Positions 27,888 to 40,439 of a stretch of DNA of 64,000 nucleotides are shown here, piece after piece; position 1 is the stretch's first letter, and every line of letters starts with the position of its first letter. Made by a program: the position numbers and the translations under genes. The stretch comes from Ginglymostoma cirratum (taxonomy: Eukaryota), in the NCBI GenBank assembly GCA_024137785.1, contig JAHRHZ010000282.1:434001-498000 (forward strand), written 5' to 3'. The notes under the pieces were generated by a model that was not told the origin of the DNA, searched no databases, and was given only the letters and a program-made list of their open reading frames with translations.

Positions 27888-29459
27888 GAACATAGAACAT
27901 AGAAGATAGAACATTACAGCGCAATACAGGACCTTCGGCCCTCGATGTTGCGCCGACATGTGAAATCAATCTGAAGCCCATCTAATCTACACTATTCCAT
28001 TAACAGCCATATGTTTATCCAATGACAACTTAAATGCATTGAAAGTTGGCGAGTCTACAACTGCTGCAGGCAAGGCATTCCATGCCTTACTGCTCTCTGA
28101 GTAAAGAATCTACCTCTGACATCTGTCCTGTACCTGTCACCCCTCAATTTGAAGCTATGTCCCCTCGTGTTAGCCCTCATCATCCGAGGAAAATGGCTCT
28201 CACTGTCCACCCTATCCAATCCTCTGATCATCTTGTATGTCTCTATTAAGTCACCTCTTAACCTTCTTCTCTGTAACGAAAACAGCCTCAAGTCCCTCAG
28301 CCTTTCCTCATAAGACCTTCCCTCCATACTAGGAACATCCTGGTAAATCTCCTCTGCACTCTTTCCAATGCCTCAACATCTTTCCTATAATGCGGCGACC
28401 AGAACTGTACACAATTCTCCAAATGCGGCCGCACCAGAGTTTTGTACAGCTGCTACATGACCTCACTGCGACAAGGTTCCAAAGCTCAATCCGTCTACCA
28501 ATAAAACCTAACACACCGTAAGCCTTCTTAACAACCCTATCAACCTGGGTGGCAACTTCCAGGGATCTATGTGCATGGACACCGAAATCCCTCTGCTCGT
28601 CTACACTGCCAAGAATCTTACCATTAGCCCAGTACTCTGTATTCCTGTTACTCCTTCCAAAGTGAATCAGCTCACACTTTTCCGCATTAAACTCCATTTG
28701 CCACCTCTCAGCCGAGCTCTGCAGCTTATATCTGTCCCTCTGTAACCTGCAACATCCTTCTGCACTATCCACAACTCCACCGAATTTAGTGTCATCCGCA
28801 AATTTACTAACCCATCCTTCTAAGCCCTCATCCAGGTCATTTATAAAAATGACAAACAGCAGTCGCCCCAAAACAGATCTTTGCGGTACAACACTAGTAA
28901 CTGAACTCCAGGGTGAACATTTCCCATTAACCACCACTCTCTGTCATCTTACAGCTAGTCAATTTCTGATCCAAACCGCTAAATCACCCTCAATCCCATG
29001 CCTCCGAATTTTCTGCAATCGTCTAACGTGGGTAACCTTATCAAACGCTTTACTGAAATCCATATACACCACATCAACCGCTTTACCCTCATTCACCCGT
29101 TTAGTCACCTTCTCAAAGACCTCAATAAGATTTGTGAGGCACGACCTACCCTTCACAAAACCGTGTTGACTATCCCTAATCAAATTATTCCTTTCTAGAT
29201 GATTATAAATCCTATGTCTTATAATCTTTTCCAACACTTTACCCACAACCGAAGTAAGGCTTATTGGTCTATAATTACCAGGGTTGTCTCTACTCATCTT
29301 CTTGAACAAGGGTCAACATTTGCTATCCTCCAGTCTTCTGGCACTCTTCCTGTAGGCAATGACGACATAAATATCAAAGCCAAAGGCTCTGAAATCTCCT
29401 TCCTAGCTTCCCAGAGAATCCTAGGATGGATCCCATCCGGCCCAGTGGACTTATCTATT
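27888..29459 (-). mobile_element. 5'-truncated CR1 LINE, best preserved copy in the window
   Basis: Long RT ORF pieces (NYRPISLTSVVGK, DFSKAFDKV, SKFADDTK, RRLRGDLIETYK) and a (TTCTATG)n-like 3' tail. Confidence 0.95.
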
Positions 29460-29800
29460 GGATGTGAGAAGATAATTGGTTCTGCCTAATATTCCTAAGA
29501 TTTGGATCAATTAACAATATTCCATATTTCTCAGATCCTATTAGCTCAAACTTTGATTTCTGAGAGTCTGAGATTTTAGCAAGATGGCCCAGGAACATGG
29601 ATCGTAGTTTTCTGCATCATGAAAATGGAAAAGAATATCACAGAATTACGACACCAAAAAGGAAGATGAAAGGAAATTGTGCCACATGTACAGATGTGAA
29701 AGAACGCAATTCACAATCTGGAACCACAAGCACCATGTTTTAATTGTACCTATATTGCAGTTGTTCAGGTTTCATATACTGAGGTATTCTAAATTGCGTG

Positions 29801-30198
29801 TTATAGCAATCAAAACGAGCTTTACAAGTCATCGGTGGCGGTGTCTTCAACTCGCACATCCCGAATATCCAGTAAAAATGTCATATCTTCTTCATTCATT
29901 GAAAACCCCATATGTGGCTATCATATACACTAGTGATGGCGAGAGACTAACACTCCTCCCTGATGATCTTTGTTTGGCTCTGACTCACTGACTGACGGAC
30001 ACAGCCTGGAAATGAAAAAGAAGGACGTTTAGTGGGCAATCAGAGCAAATCAAAACAACGAAGTGCACTAACCTAGCGGCGACATCGCAATAGCATGGTC
30101 ATGGGCAAAATTACATTGAATCCTAAGAGCAGCCTTTTGCTTCATAGGTACTCACGGGTTAATCAGATACACAGAGCGAAAAGAACAAAGATTCCCGT
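29801..30198 (-). pseudogene. NAR-TCR V (IgNAR-like V) pseudogene: leader 30198-30156, V exon 30005-29801
   Basis: Leader (ACG)GIFVLFALCI*LT + C|GTGAGT, acceptor tttccag. V reads QSVSQSQTKIIREEC*SLAITSVYD ... SMNEEDMTFLLDIRDVRVEDTATDD/CKA. There is an extra FR1 Cys, the CDR1-FR2 region is deleted, and the RSS is degenerate (CACGCAA). Confidence 0.8.
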
Positions 30199-33100
30199 GT
30201 TTCTGTCGCTTGCAGCTGATGGTTTATATGACTGGCAGCTGGGGACTGCTTGCCAGAACTGTTCTGGGAGACTGGACTTCGGAGCTGCACTGAAGTACTT
30301 GAAAGGATCGAGCTGATCTCCACCGGCACATTCAGTGAGCTTATTCATGGATGGTATGATTCAGATCACTGACTCTATGTTATGTGAAAACTGACAGGTT
30401 GAAAGAGTGGTAACTTAGCTTTGTATCCAAACACATAGTCCGTGATCCCGATATAAATAGTACTCACAGGTTTGTCTGAAGGACAAGGGATGGGGATAGT
30501 CTTTTTCAGTCAGTCAATGGAGCTGCGTTAATTTCTACCATCGGAATGAGGCGGGGGAACGATTCTTATTCTTTTATTCCATATACCTTATCCGACATTC
30601 ACAACTGCACAGACAGAGGAAGACATTGGATCCAGAAAGACAATAGATATTCGGGTAACTTCTCAAAACAAAAACAAATTATTCTTTGTGTTAGATGAAA
30701 CTTTGTCTCAGCTATTGCGGGACTGGAACTCAATACATTACATTGATATCACTGTATTAAAGTTGTGCCATAATATAAATGGTTGTTTTACATGACCATA
30801 CTTCTGCTTGTATGACACGATTGCCCTGCCACAAGGACATGGCAATATGCTTTGCCTTTGTTTCCATTTAACAAGATACCAGCACTTGCACTCGACTATG
30901 TCTGAGCTAACATTATGCTAGGCCGGGGCGTCATTGCGAGCGCAGCACAAAACTGTGTCACTTCTCATATTACTCAACTGCTGTGGAAGCTCTGATTATA
31001 ATGAGATCTACATCAGTTATTACCGCACTACAGCATGTCCTACTTTACATTTCATAAATAGCGTCTCTCTGCAGTTGGTGGAATAATTTCTAATGCAAGA
31101 TTTAGTTATGCCCTTTCCACACGTGGATTTGTGTAATTTGATCCTTTGCTATCAACCTCGAGTTCATTCTGAAGCATTTTGGAATAACATCTATTTATGT
31201 GAAACAGGTCTTGAGAGCATAATACTGACCTAAGTGGTATGCTTATATGATCATTTTTATTTCAAAAATCAACTATAGTGAAAAGTTGTTTATTTTTCCC
31301 ATGAGTGTTGACGGGCAGACATACATGGTTAAATGAACTGATAACCCGAGATGAGCCTGCAACAAATTCTGGAGCACAATTATTTAGCACTATTACTGGG
31401 TTGCTGTTAGGGTTCAAAGCTCTTGAGATGTCCAGAGACTTCATCTGTTACTTGATGTGATGTTGGGTAAATCGAATTGGCTGAGGCCCAGTATTTATGA
31501 TGATCAGCGCAAATCGCATAAAGAGCATCCGTCACTTGATTTGTAGGTAGAATATAAAACATAGAACATATAACAGCACAGCACAGTACAGGTCCTTCGG
31601 GCAACGATGTTGTGTCGACCTATTATCCTACCCTAAGATCAAACTATACTGCATTCCCGCCATTTTACAATCATCCATGTACTTGTAGCCATATTTGGGA
31701 GAATAACACCACCTTGCTACAAGGCCAGTATCAGTTGATATTATCGTGTGTATCGTTGTATGGTTGTAAGGGCCGCTAATAGGTCTGTTCTGTCATTCAA
31801 TAAGATCATGACTGATCAGATTGTGTATCAAATCTGCATCAAGTAGGATATACTAACCGCTTCGTACATCCTGCCAAATCACATTTGCAGATATTATTTC
31901 GAAATGTTCGAGAATGAAGATTTCTAACAAAGGAAAATGATGCATAGCTGTTCACTTTACAAATAAAAAGTCCTGGAGACAAGCGATAAACTATTTTCTG
32001 AGTTTCAGGTGGATATCCTACCACTTAATTTGTGGACGGGACTCTCCCCAGTAATGAACAGTATTGTAGATGTCTCTCCACAAGTGTAATAAGGATTTGT
32101 GCTTGGGGGTCAGTGGTGGAGGTTTGGGTACAGGGGTCTTGGCATGTCCTAAACCCGTTTAGCACGGACTATGCTCGTCATGATAGACCAAAGCCTGTGT
32201 TTGCCAGATGGAAGTTTTTACAAGGGACATATTATTGACAGCCTGGTATTTTTCTCAAACTTTGATCCAGATGCTACTGTTAGTAGAGCTTGCTCAGGAA
32301 GCTTGTTCAATATGGGGCACCAAGAAGAATGGTAGGCAGTAGGTAGATTCAGAATGTTATTATGTTGCGGGGAGCATAGACAGTTTCAACGAAGTTTTGC
32401 GTTTTCATCTTTGTAATGTAGAATTTCTTTTGCAACAGGAGGAAACCAGAGGAAGTATCTCAAGCAGAAAGCTATCGTTATGATTTAGATATATATTTTT
32501 TTCGATTTGGATGTGATTGTCAACTGTACTTGAGTACAGCAATAGGGGAATATAGATTAAAAACGTTCAAAGTTGCCATTCTCTAGCACCACATAAGTAC
32601 AAAAGAAAGAATAAAAACAGAAGCATAAATAAAAGAAACAGCCAAAGAAAAGGAAACATCCAATTCAGTCCCCCACCTCTGCTATTAGATGTCACAGCCA
32701 GAAAAATAACAAAACTACAAAGTTTCCCCCTAACGCTGTGAATTCTCAGCTGAACGGATTCTTTGAACGTCATCGAGCACCACGACAGGCAGAATGTCGC
32801 CACCTCCGATGTCAGGTACCCACGTCCAATCATGGCCTGGAGCTGCGCTGCCGCTGCTGGATCTCTATCGCTTTTATTCAGCATCTTCTTGTCTGCATTA
32901 TTCTTCTGCTATATTTTCCCAAATTCTTCTGCAGTCAATTGCATGTCAACAAGATACCTGTGTCGTCATTCATGACAGAATAGTGCTCTATTTTCTGCTG
33001 CCGAGTATGAAAGCCCAGTTCTGAGTTCAAAACAGTTTTAAAATGGCAGTGCACAACTTTGATCCAGGAAGATTGATTATCAGATATTTCCTGGCTTTGA

Positions 33101-35558
33101 CTTTTAACTGATATATTCTTCAGATATTCCAGGAAACACAAGCTATTGTATGGAATCCATGCCAATTTTCTATGAATGAGATCATACGTTAGTATTTGAT
33201 AAACAGTGTAGATACACAATTGTCGTGAGTTCAGAGATGCCCTACATCGAACACCACGCGTAGTAATGTTACACACAATGTTTTGAAGTTCTTTGTTTAG
33301 CATTCTGATCAGGGTTTTCAAAGATGGGGCTACGGCATTGGAGATCAGCCTTCTCATCCAGGTCGTTACTCATAATAGCTCTCTTCTTTTCCGTCTGAAT
33401 ACTTCAAACTAAAGCAGCAAAAAACGTGCTAATTATATTTCCCTCAACTTCAATGCACGTCACAATAAATTGTACCAAATTGCTAACTCCTCGTTAATGT
33501 GGTAGTTTTATATCAATTCCTGTAAAGAATTAGAAGGCTGCAGTTCCCTCGCGGGGTGGAGTTTTTGTCCAAGTAGGGGTTTGTTGTTTTAAAAAAGCCT
33601 GATTGGATGTGACCTACATTGAATTCGAGCCAAGCTTGAGCCAACTTGCTCCAGAGTGCATAGGTCCTTGAAATGTTTTTTGGTGGACAAAACCACGCTA
33701 ACGAGAAATTGTATATATCTATTGCACCAGTTTTTATTGAACATAAGCATGTGCGGAAACAGATATATTGGGAAGTGTCACTATTCTGAACTAGGCATGT
33801 TTATACTGAATGTAACACTCTGGACCTGTCACTTTATATTTAACAGCACAAACCTGGCCAAGTATGGTTAGGTATCGGTGAAGTCTGGGCTCGTGCACCT
33901 ATAATGTAACTACTTTGAGGGATCTATCGACAATTTTGGCGCAACCAATTGTGTTACAGCGTGCCAAAATCACGTTTCACTAGGGGAGTGATCAAACAGA
34001 TGCAATATTTGTCAGGGGTGAGAAGAAGTTTATGCATTCCAAGACAACTCATCCTTCCACGACTGTTCAGGTATGGCTTCTTTGGCCCGAAATCCAGTTG
34101 ATTAGCTTTCTTACATGTGATGAAAAGTGACTGGGACATTTCTGCAGTCTCTGGACATTCTGTGTTGTGGTAGTGTTTGCTGTGACAAACAATTAGTCGA
34201 ATCTCATCAGAAACGCCAGTTGAACAGCAGCTGCACCGATCTCTTTTGTTTCATTAAATGTAATTAATGTAAAAGATCAAACATCTAATTAGTTCCCTGC
34301 AGACCTGCCTCCAGCTATTAACATGATGCTTTTGTTTTCTGTGAAGTGCATAATACACCGAAACTTGTGTTAGAAATGCACGGAATACCGAAAGGTCTGA
34401 TGTTTGCTGTTTACTTTCAAGTCATTGCAACAATTGGAGTGTCGGGTGAAGTATAGAACTTCAGCTGTACTTGCATGGATCATTGGTCAACTGCATCAGT
34501 TCTGCATTTCGCTACTAACATATCTCCATGGTAGACATCTTTTATCCTTTTACCTAGCTACGTCCATCAACTCAATGGTACAATTTCCCCCCTTAACTGA
34601 TATTATATCAATTGCATTTTACACCGTCATCATTATACTTTTATCATTTTACCTCACCAGTTCATCTTGTAATTTTTGTCATTGACAGAGATAATTTCTC
34701 TCCATATAAATATTTTAATTTCTTTCAGTTAACGTGGCATTACAGCAACAGATACACGCAGTTTATTCTCATGACCTGCCTAATTAATCTCTTCAATGAT
34801 TGTGTGCCTTTCTACGACAGGTGCTACTTCAGTTTAATAATTTTCCCATTCGTCATTATCAACTCAATACAAAAACATGGTTTTATTCTTTCATTCATTG
34901 TCATTTGTGAGGATTTGTGTTATAGTTGTCTCAGTTGATTGTAATTATGCTATGTTATTAGCAACGTTTTTAAGGGGAAATTGCCACAAAATTATTGCAG
35001 TACAAACTGTTCCATTTTAGTTGAAACAATGTGCCTGTTAATGGCATAGGAATATGAGAAATTCTGTTGGATATTTAGCAGAGAAAAAAATTGAGTAAAA
35101 TCTAATTTTCCAGAGTTCCCTGCATTTGGTGAAGATTCCTACAGAAGACCAGCACCCACAGACCATTCGAACCAGAAACACTCCTCGTTACAATGGACGT
35201 TTTGGTACTCGACATCAGCATCTCCACGACGACGGCATCGCTGCCACAGCCTCAGTATTCGACGCCAACAACTGTCACTTTCCAGAAACCTTCCTGCAAC
35301 TCATCCTCGACATTCTCGACCATAACATCTTCACCGTGGGCATTCAGACACACGTTTTTCATTCATACACACGTATAAATCATGGGAACAACTTTGCACT
35401 CAAATACACCAACATTTTCATGCGTAAATTCGAACAGGACTTCTTTGCTACGCAGGACCTCCAACCAATGATATAAACTAGATACATTGACGAAATTTTC
35501 TCATTTTGGTCTCATGGCGAGGAATCACTGAAGCAAGTACATCGCGAATTTGCTGCGC

Positions 35559-35632
35559 AGCGCCATAGCTTCGTTGTTTAACGCGCCCGTCTAGTAAACA
35601 AGCGATCCTGGGTTCAAATATCATTTGTATCT
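35559..35632 (+). pseudogene. tRNA-Thr(AGT) pseudogene
   Basis: Colinear with vertebrate tRNA-Thr-AGT: anticodon loop CTAGTAA, GATCCTGGGTTCAAAT. Acceptor and T stems are disrupted. Confidence 0.85.
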
Positions 35633-35688
35633 GTGCTTGATAACTACCATTTCTCGTTTGAACTTCCCTCAAGTGCCATGTTGTGATT

Positions 35689-36032
35689 TGCGACACGTTG
35701 GCTCAGTGGTTAACACTGCTGCCTCACAGCACCAGGAGCCTGAGATCAATTCCACTTTTAGGCGATTGTCTATGTGGAGTTTGCACGTTCTGCCTGTGTC
35801 TGCATGGGATGCGTCCAGGTGCTCTGGTTTCCTGTGACTGTCCAAAGATGTGCCGCTTAGGAAGATTAGTCACGCTAAATTCCTGTAGTGTTCAGGAATG
35901 CGTAGATCAAGTGGGTTAGGCATTGGAAATGCAGGAGTAGGGGTCGAGGAATGGGTCTGGATGGGAGGCTCTTTGGATGGACAGTGTGGACTTATTTGCC
36001 CGAATGACCTGTTTCCACACTATCGAGATTCT
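35689..36032 (+). mobile_element. HE1-type (V-SINE) SINE
   Basis: GGCTCAGTGGTTAACACTGCTGCCTCACAGCACCAGG head, 'tgtggagtttgcac' core, CR1-like tail 'cctgtttccacact'. Confidence 0.88.
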
Positions 36033-38311
36033 ATATACTACTCTTTATTATCAATTTCATTCTTGGACACAGGTCTCTCCACCAAGGGCGGACGTCTCAG
36101 TAACTCACTCTACTTTAAGCCCCCGGACAACCTCACGATGCTGCACTTCTCTTACTCCCACCCTGAACATATTTTAAAAAACGCCAGCACCTACGGACAA
36201 GTGTTATGCATACACAGGGCCTGCTCAGATGATGGAGAATGCGACAGAATCCTGAAGGTGTTGAAGAATGCCCTCGTAAGAAGAGGTTACAATGTTCAAT
36301 TCAGCGATCGCCAACTCCGTTATGCCACAGCAACAAAAAGCATAATGACATCCTCGGAAGACAGACAAGAGTGATGACCGATAGAGTTCCCTTCGTCCTC
36401 CAGTACCTCCCGAAGTGAAATGAAAAACTACGCCATGTTTTTGGCAGCCTTCAACACATTATCTACGACGATGAATACCTCACCACTATCTTCCCTATGC
36501 CTCTATTTATCACCGTAAAACATTAAACAGACCATTGGTCGCAGCAAATCGCCCAGCCTTCAAGACGGCATCGACGAAAATACCACAGATACCTGACATG
36601 GCAATGCCTGCAATGCCTACAAAGTATAGATAGGTTCTAAGCAAGATTTCACACCTAAAATGTTTTTTCCCGACCTGAGCTATCACCTGTTGTATACATT
36701 GATAAAACTTTAATTACCTTGAGAAATTGACTTGAGAAGAATCTGGATTTTGCATTTAGTAGTGTCCTTCCTAACTGCTTAAAGATTCAAAAAGAGACGT
36801 CCAGTTTTAGGTTTCTTTTTTTACCTTTGTGTTCATAAATTCTACGTCTTACACCGTCTCTCTCACAGTACGCCTGAGGAAGGAGCTGAACTCTGGAAAC
36901 TTGCTTTTTCAAACAAGCCTGTTGAACTATGACCTCGTGTTGTGTGATTTTGGACGATAAACTCAGGCTGTGAGTCTTGGTATTTTCGTTACCAGAATAA
37001 ATAGTCGTCGCTCCAGGTGGCGTCCAGGGAACAGCTTAAAATAAACTGTTCTTCTTCTGTTTAAACGTCTGAGGGCATCGGCTGAGTAATATAATCTCCA
37101 TTGCCCAGATCTATTAAAAAAGCATCATGTTTAATCTGGAAACGATTAGCGTGGTGGGTCTTTCAAATTTAGATTCAAACTATGTTCGGGAAATGAGAGA
37201 AACGATGGAATCTGTTTAGTCACAATTACCTGTCAGAAATGCACCACCCTCACCAGGTGTACTGTACTGGTCTATGAAAGGAGCGTTAGAGAGTTGGAGA
37301 TTTGAGGATGCTGGTTATAATCTTTACCTAATCAGTCTTCTGTCATGTCTCATCTCACTGTCTTTTGCACACAGAATGCAATGAGATGGATAGGGAATGT
37401 TCTAGCTCAGATTGACTGGAAGCACTTCGAAATGGGTTAACACAAGCGATCATTTGGGGTGGATTTTTCCACTTCACGTACACGGAGCTGCTTTGAAATG
37501 CATGGCTGATTTTTAAATTCATTATTTGATGGCACACATACACTGTTGGTTTGATCACCATTTATTTCTTATTCCCAATTTCCCATAGGAGACGTTGGCT
37601 ATCTGCCTTCCTGAGGCCTTATTATACATGGGAGGAGGAACATCCACACTTTTGTTGGATGGAGGCTGGGGTGGTGGGGTGGGTTGTATGATTTCCAGCA
37701 TTCCAGCAAAACTCAGGATGATATCTAACTTGGATATTAATTTGCAGGTGGCAGAGTAACCCTGAATCTCGGAATTTTATCTTGGATTTGGTTTACTTGA
37801 GCCCCATAACATCTTTGGAATTTCACTAATAAAATCGCTGGGGCACTGATAGTCATGAATCTCATAATCTGGATTCCAGATGAGTTTCATACAAATTATT
37901 CCATTTTTTTTGTTTCGAAATTATCCACACATCTGTCATAATATAAGGAAAATTATCTGCTGGTTTTGAGCATACTATTAGGAAGAATATACTATTTTTG
38001 AAACTTAAACGACGTTTGGAGCAATGTCTTCGACAGTGGTTTACACCTAAAATGCTGTTTATTTTCTATCTCCTGGGACTTGCCCTCTATAATGCCTGTC
38101 AACGTTGGTTTTATAATCGATAATCTTAAGATTCGAGATTTGCATTGGGAGAAAACAGCGAATGCAGCTTTGTTACTTTCCATGAATTTGCCGCTCATTT
38201 ATTCACCATGCCAAGCAAAAGAGCGAATGGGAAGCATTCAACTAAAATGCACCCTTAGCCCCAGGTTGAGTTCTGGGTGTGTTCCCGCTAACAGTAGCTC
38301 AATAAAGTCGT

Positions 38312-38930
38312 AGAACCATATAACACAGAAACAGACCCTTTGAACCATCATATCTATGCCAAACAACAAACACCAACCTACACTAATCCCATTTGTCTGC
38401 AATTAAGCTATAGTCTACTATAGTCTACTATGGTCTGATATTTTATGTGCTCGTTCAAATGATTCTTAAATGTTATCGAAGTACCTACCTCCACAATCAT
38501 CTCAGGCACCACGTTCCACATTTCTTCCAGTCCCTAAATGGGTTTTGTTTACAGACTACCTCGAAACCATTTATTCCTCATCTTAAACTTTTGCTTTTTG
38601 GTCTTCTGTCCTGGGGAAAATAAAAATCTCAAGAGCTTCTCTATGTCTGCCTCTGGTAATTTTGTCTATTTCAACCAATCTCCCCCTCGCCCAACCCCAG
38701 CTCATTCTCCTTTGCTCATAGGAAAACCATACCATGACTGAGACTTTTCATCCAAGGCAAAATAATGTTGAATCTTCTCTGTACCCTCTCCAGTGCAAAA
38801 AGTCCTTCACAACGTTTGGCGACAAGGAACGCCAAGCAGTGTTGCACTGGTAGCCTAACCAATGTTTTATAAAGTTGTAACAAAACGTCCTCGCTGCTAC
38901 ATTCTACACCCCAATGAAGACAAGCATAAT
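38312..38930 (-). mobile_element. CR1 3' fragment
   Basis: [19 protein letters not shown] and a CR1 tail. Confidence 0.8.
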
Positions 38931-39904
38931 GATAGAGAGAGAGCACGAGTGGTAGAAAGTGAAAGACAGATATTCCTTTCTGTTGTCATTTCAACAGGTC
39001 TATGGTTGGTGCCAGCCAGTTTCTGACAGTGACTGTTTTGTCGTTAGGTGTCAACATCCCAGAAAATTCCGATTGTTCAGAATGCCGCCCATCAGTCTCC
39101 CTCTGTGGCCGGGAGAATTTAAAGTGTTCTCTCGACACCATCATTGAGTGTCATTTTCTCGATAGCGAATCTTGATCTGAAAACCACAGCCTGTTTCAAC
39201 CAACTCCTGTCTGTCTTCGGCGTCATACCCAGGAAGACCTGCAATGACCTTTTTTCCACTTGGAGTTCTGATGTTCTTTGTATTGTGTAAGTTTAGTTTT
39301 CTAATCATACTTCTTGTTTGACATATCACGCACTACCTTGTTGTGTTTGAGTTCCGTGTCATTAGTTATAGCAGTTTAGTAAGAGGATCAGAACTCACAA
39401 GCTGATCAAGTACTGTACCTGGAAAGGGAACTAGTAGAATTCGATTGTTGGTTTTGCATTTGTGCTGGGGATGGTATAGTCTGGTATAAACAGAAGCTGA
39501 CAGCTCTCCAACATTTATTGACAACATATCGCAGGAAATTAGATTATTTGACGCTACCCACTTTTCGTTTGACAGAGCAAAAAAGTCCAAAACCATTTCT
39601 ATAGTTGATAACGTAGTTGTGGACGCTGCAGGGTACAACTGTGCGACGTAGGCATAGAGAGAAAAGCAATGGGACGGACCACACAACATCTCGCGTTGCG
39701 CTGTCTGTCTGCCTTCCATTCAACATTTCTGAAACCAGAATTTTACAAATTATATTGATTTCGGAATTTTGTTTTTCATCGCTTAAACTTACACATTAAT
39801 TTACAAAATATTATGACTATGAGAATCATATTAAATCAGACTTTCTTTGTATGCAATCGTAAATGTAAATAATAGACAGAAAAACAGATCTATCTTTTTA
39901 TGGA

Positions 39905-40042
39905 TACATAGATATGTAGATAGATAGATACGTAGATAGATCGAAAGACAGAAAGATAGAGAGAGAGATAGAGAGAGATAGAGAGATAGATCGATAGAGA
40001 GATAGATAGATAATGTTTAGTACACTTGTGCCCAAAGTCACT

Positions 40043-40077
<35 letters not shown>

Positions 40078-40080
40078 TCT
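39905..40080. repeat. (GATA/GA)n and (TTTA)n microsatellites
   Basis: Directly visible. Confidence 0.95.
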
Positions 40081-40130
40081 ATTAGTTTTGTTGTTTGTTG
40101 AATTTGTTAGGATTTGATCGCATTTTGCAG

Positions 40131-40439
40131 CTGCCTGTTCTCATACGGAGATATTTCCAAGACCAGTATATCGGGGAACATTGAACATGGTACTTTCCAT
40201 GAAGTCAAAACCAGTGTTGCCTCGAATGACTTAGTATTATGCTGCAGTCATTACTGCTATTAAATTGCCCATACCGCATCTCCACAATCAGGGATGAAAG
40301 AGTTGTTGGATTTTACAGCCTCTATGCAGGATGAGAAAGTCTCTATCAGTCTCACTGTTAATATGGTTCAGGTATCAGGCGCTGAAGAAGAATACAATGA
40401 GACACAATGAAACAAACACAATGAACCTGAGCAAGAATT
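40131..40439 (+). pseudogene. Probable heavily decayed TCR V segment with RSS remnant
   Basis: Acceptor ttttgcag, then ISKTSISGN ... FTASMQDEKVSISLTVNMVQVS, then CACAATG, 21 bp, GCAAGAATT. Core Cys/Trp residues are not recognisable. Confidence 0.45.

Larger units (their letters stand above)
35110..36610 (+). mobile_element. Penelope-like element RT fragment, interrupted by a tRNA pseudogene + SINE
   Basis: ILDHNIF, YTNIFMRKFEQDFF, RYIDEIF..WSHGEESL, then resumes at ~36040 with ISFLDT, LYFKPPDNLTMLHF, YGQVLCIHRACSD. Confidence 0.88.

Noticed and set aside
29600-29665. Candidate NAR-TCR D (CACAGAA with nearby T/A runs)
   Set aside because: Only one weak heptamer, and the spacing does not fit 12-RSS.
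33950-34190. Ig V-like hints on the minus strand (SQSLFITC...RDFGT)
   Set aside because: No Trp motif, no YYC, no RSS and too short.
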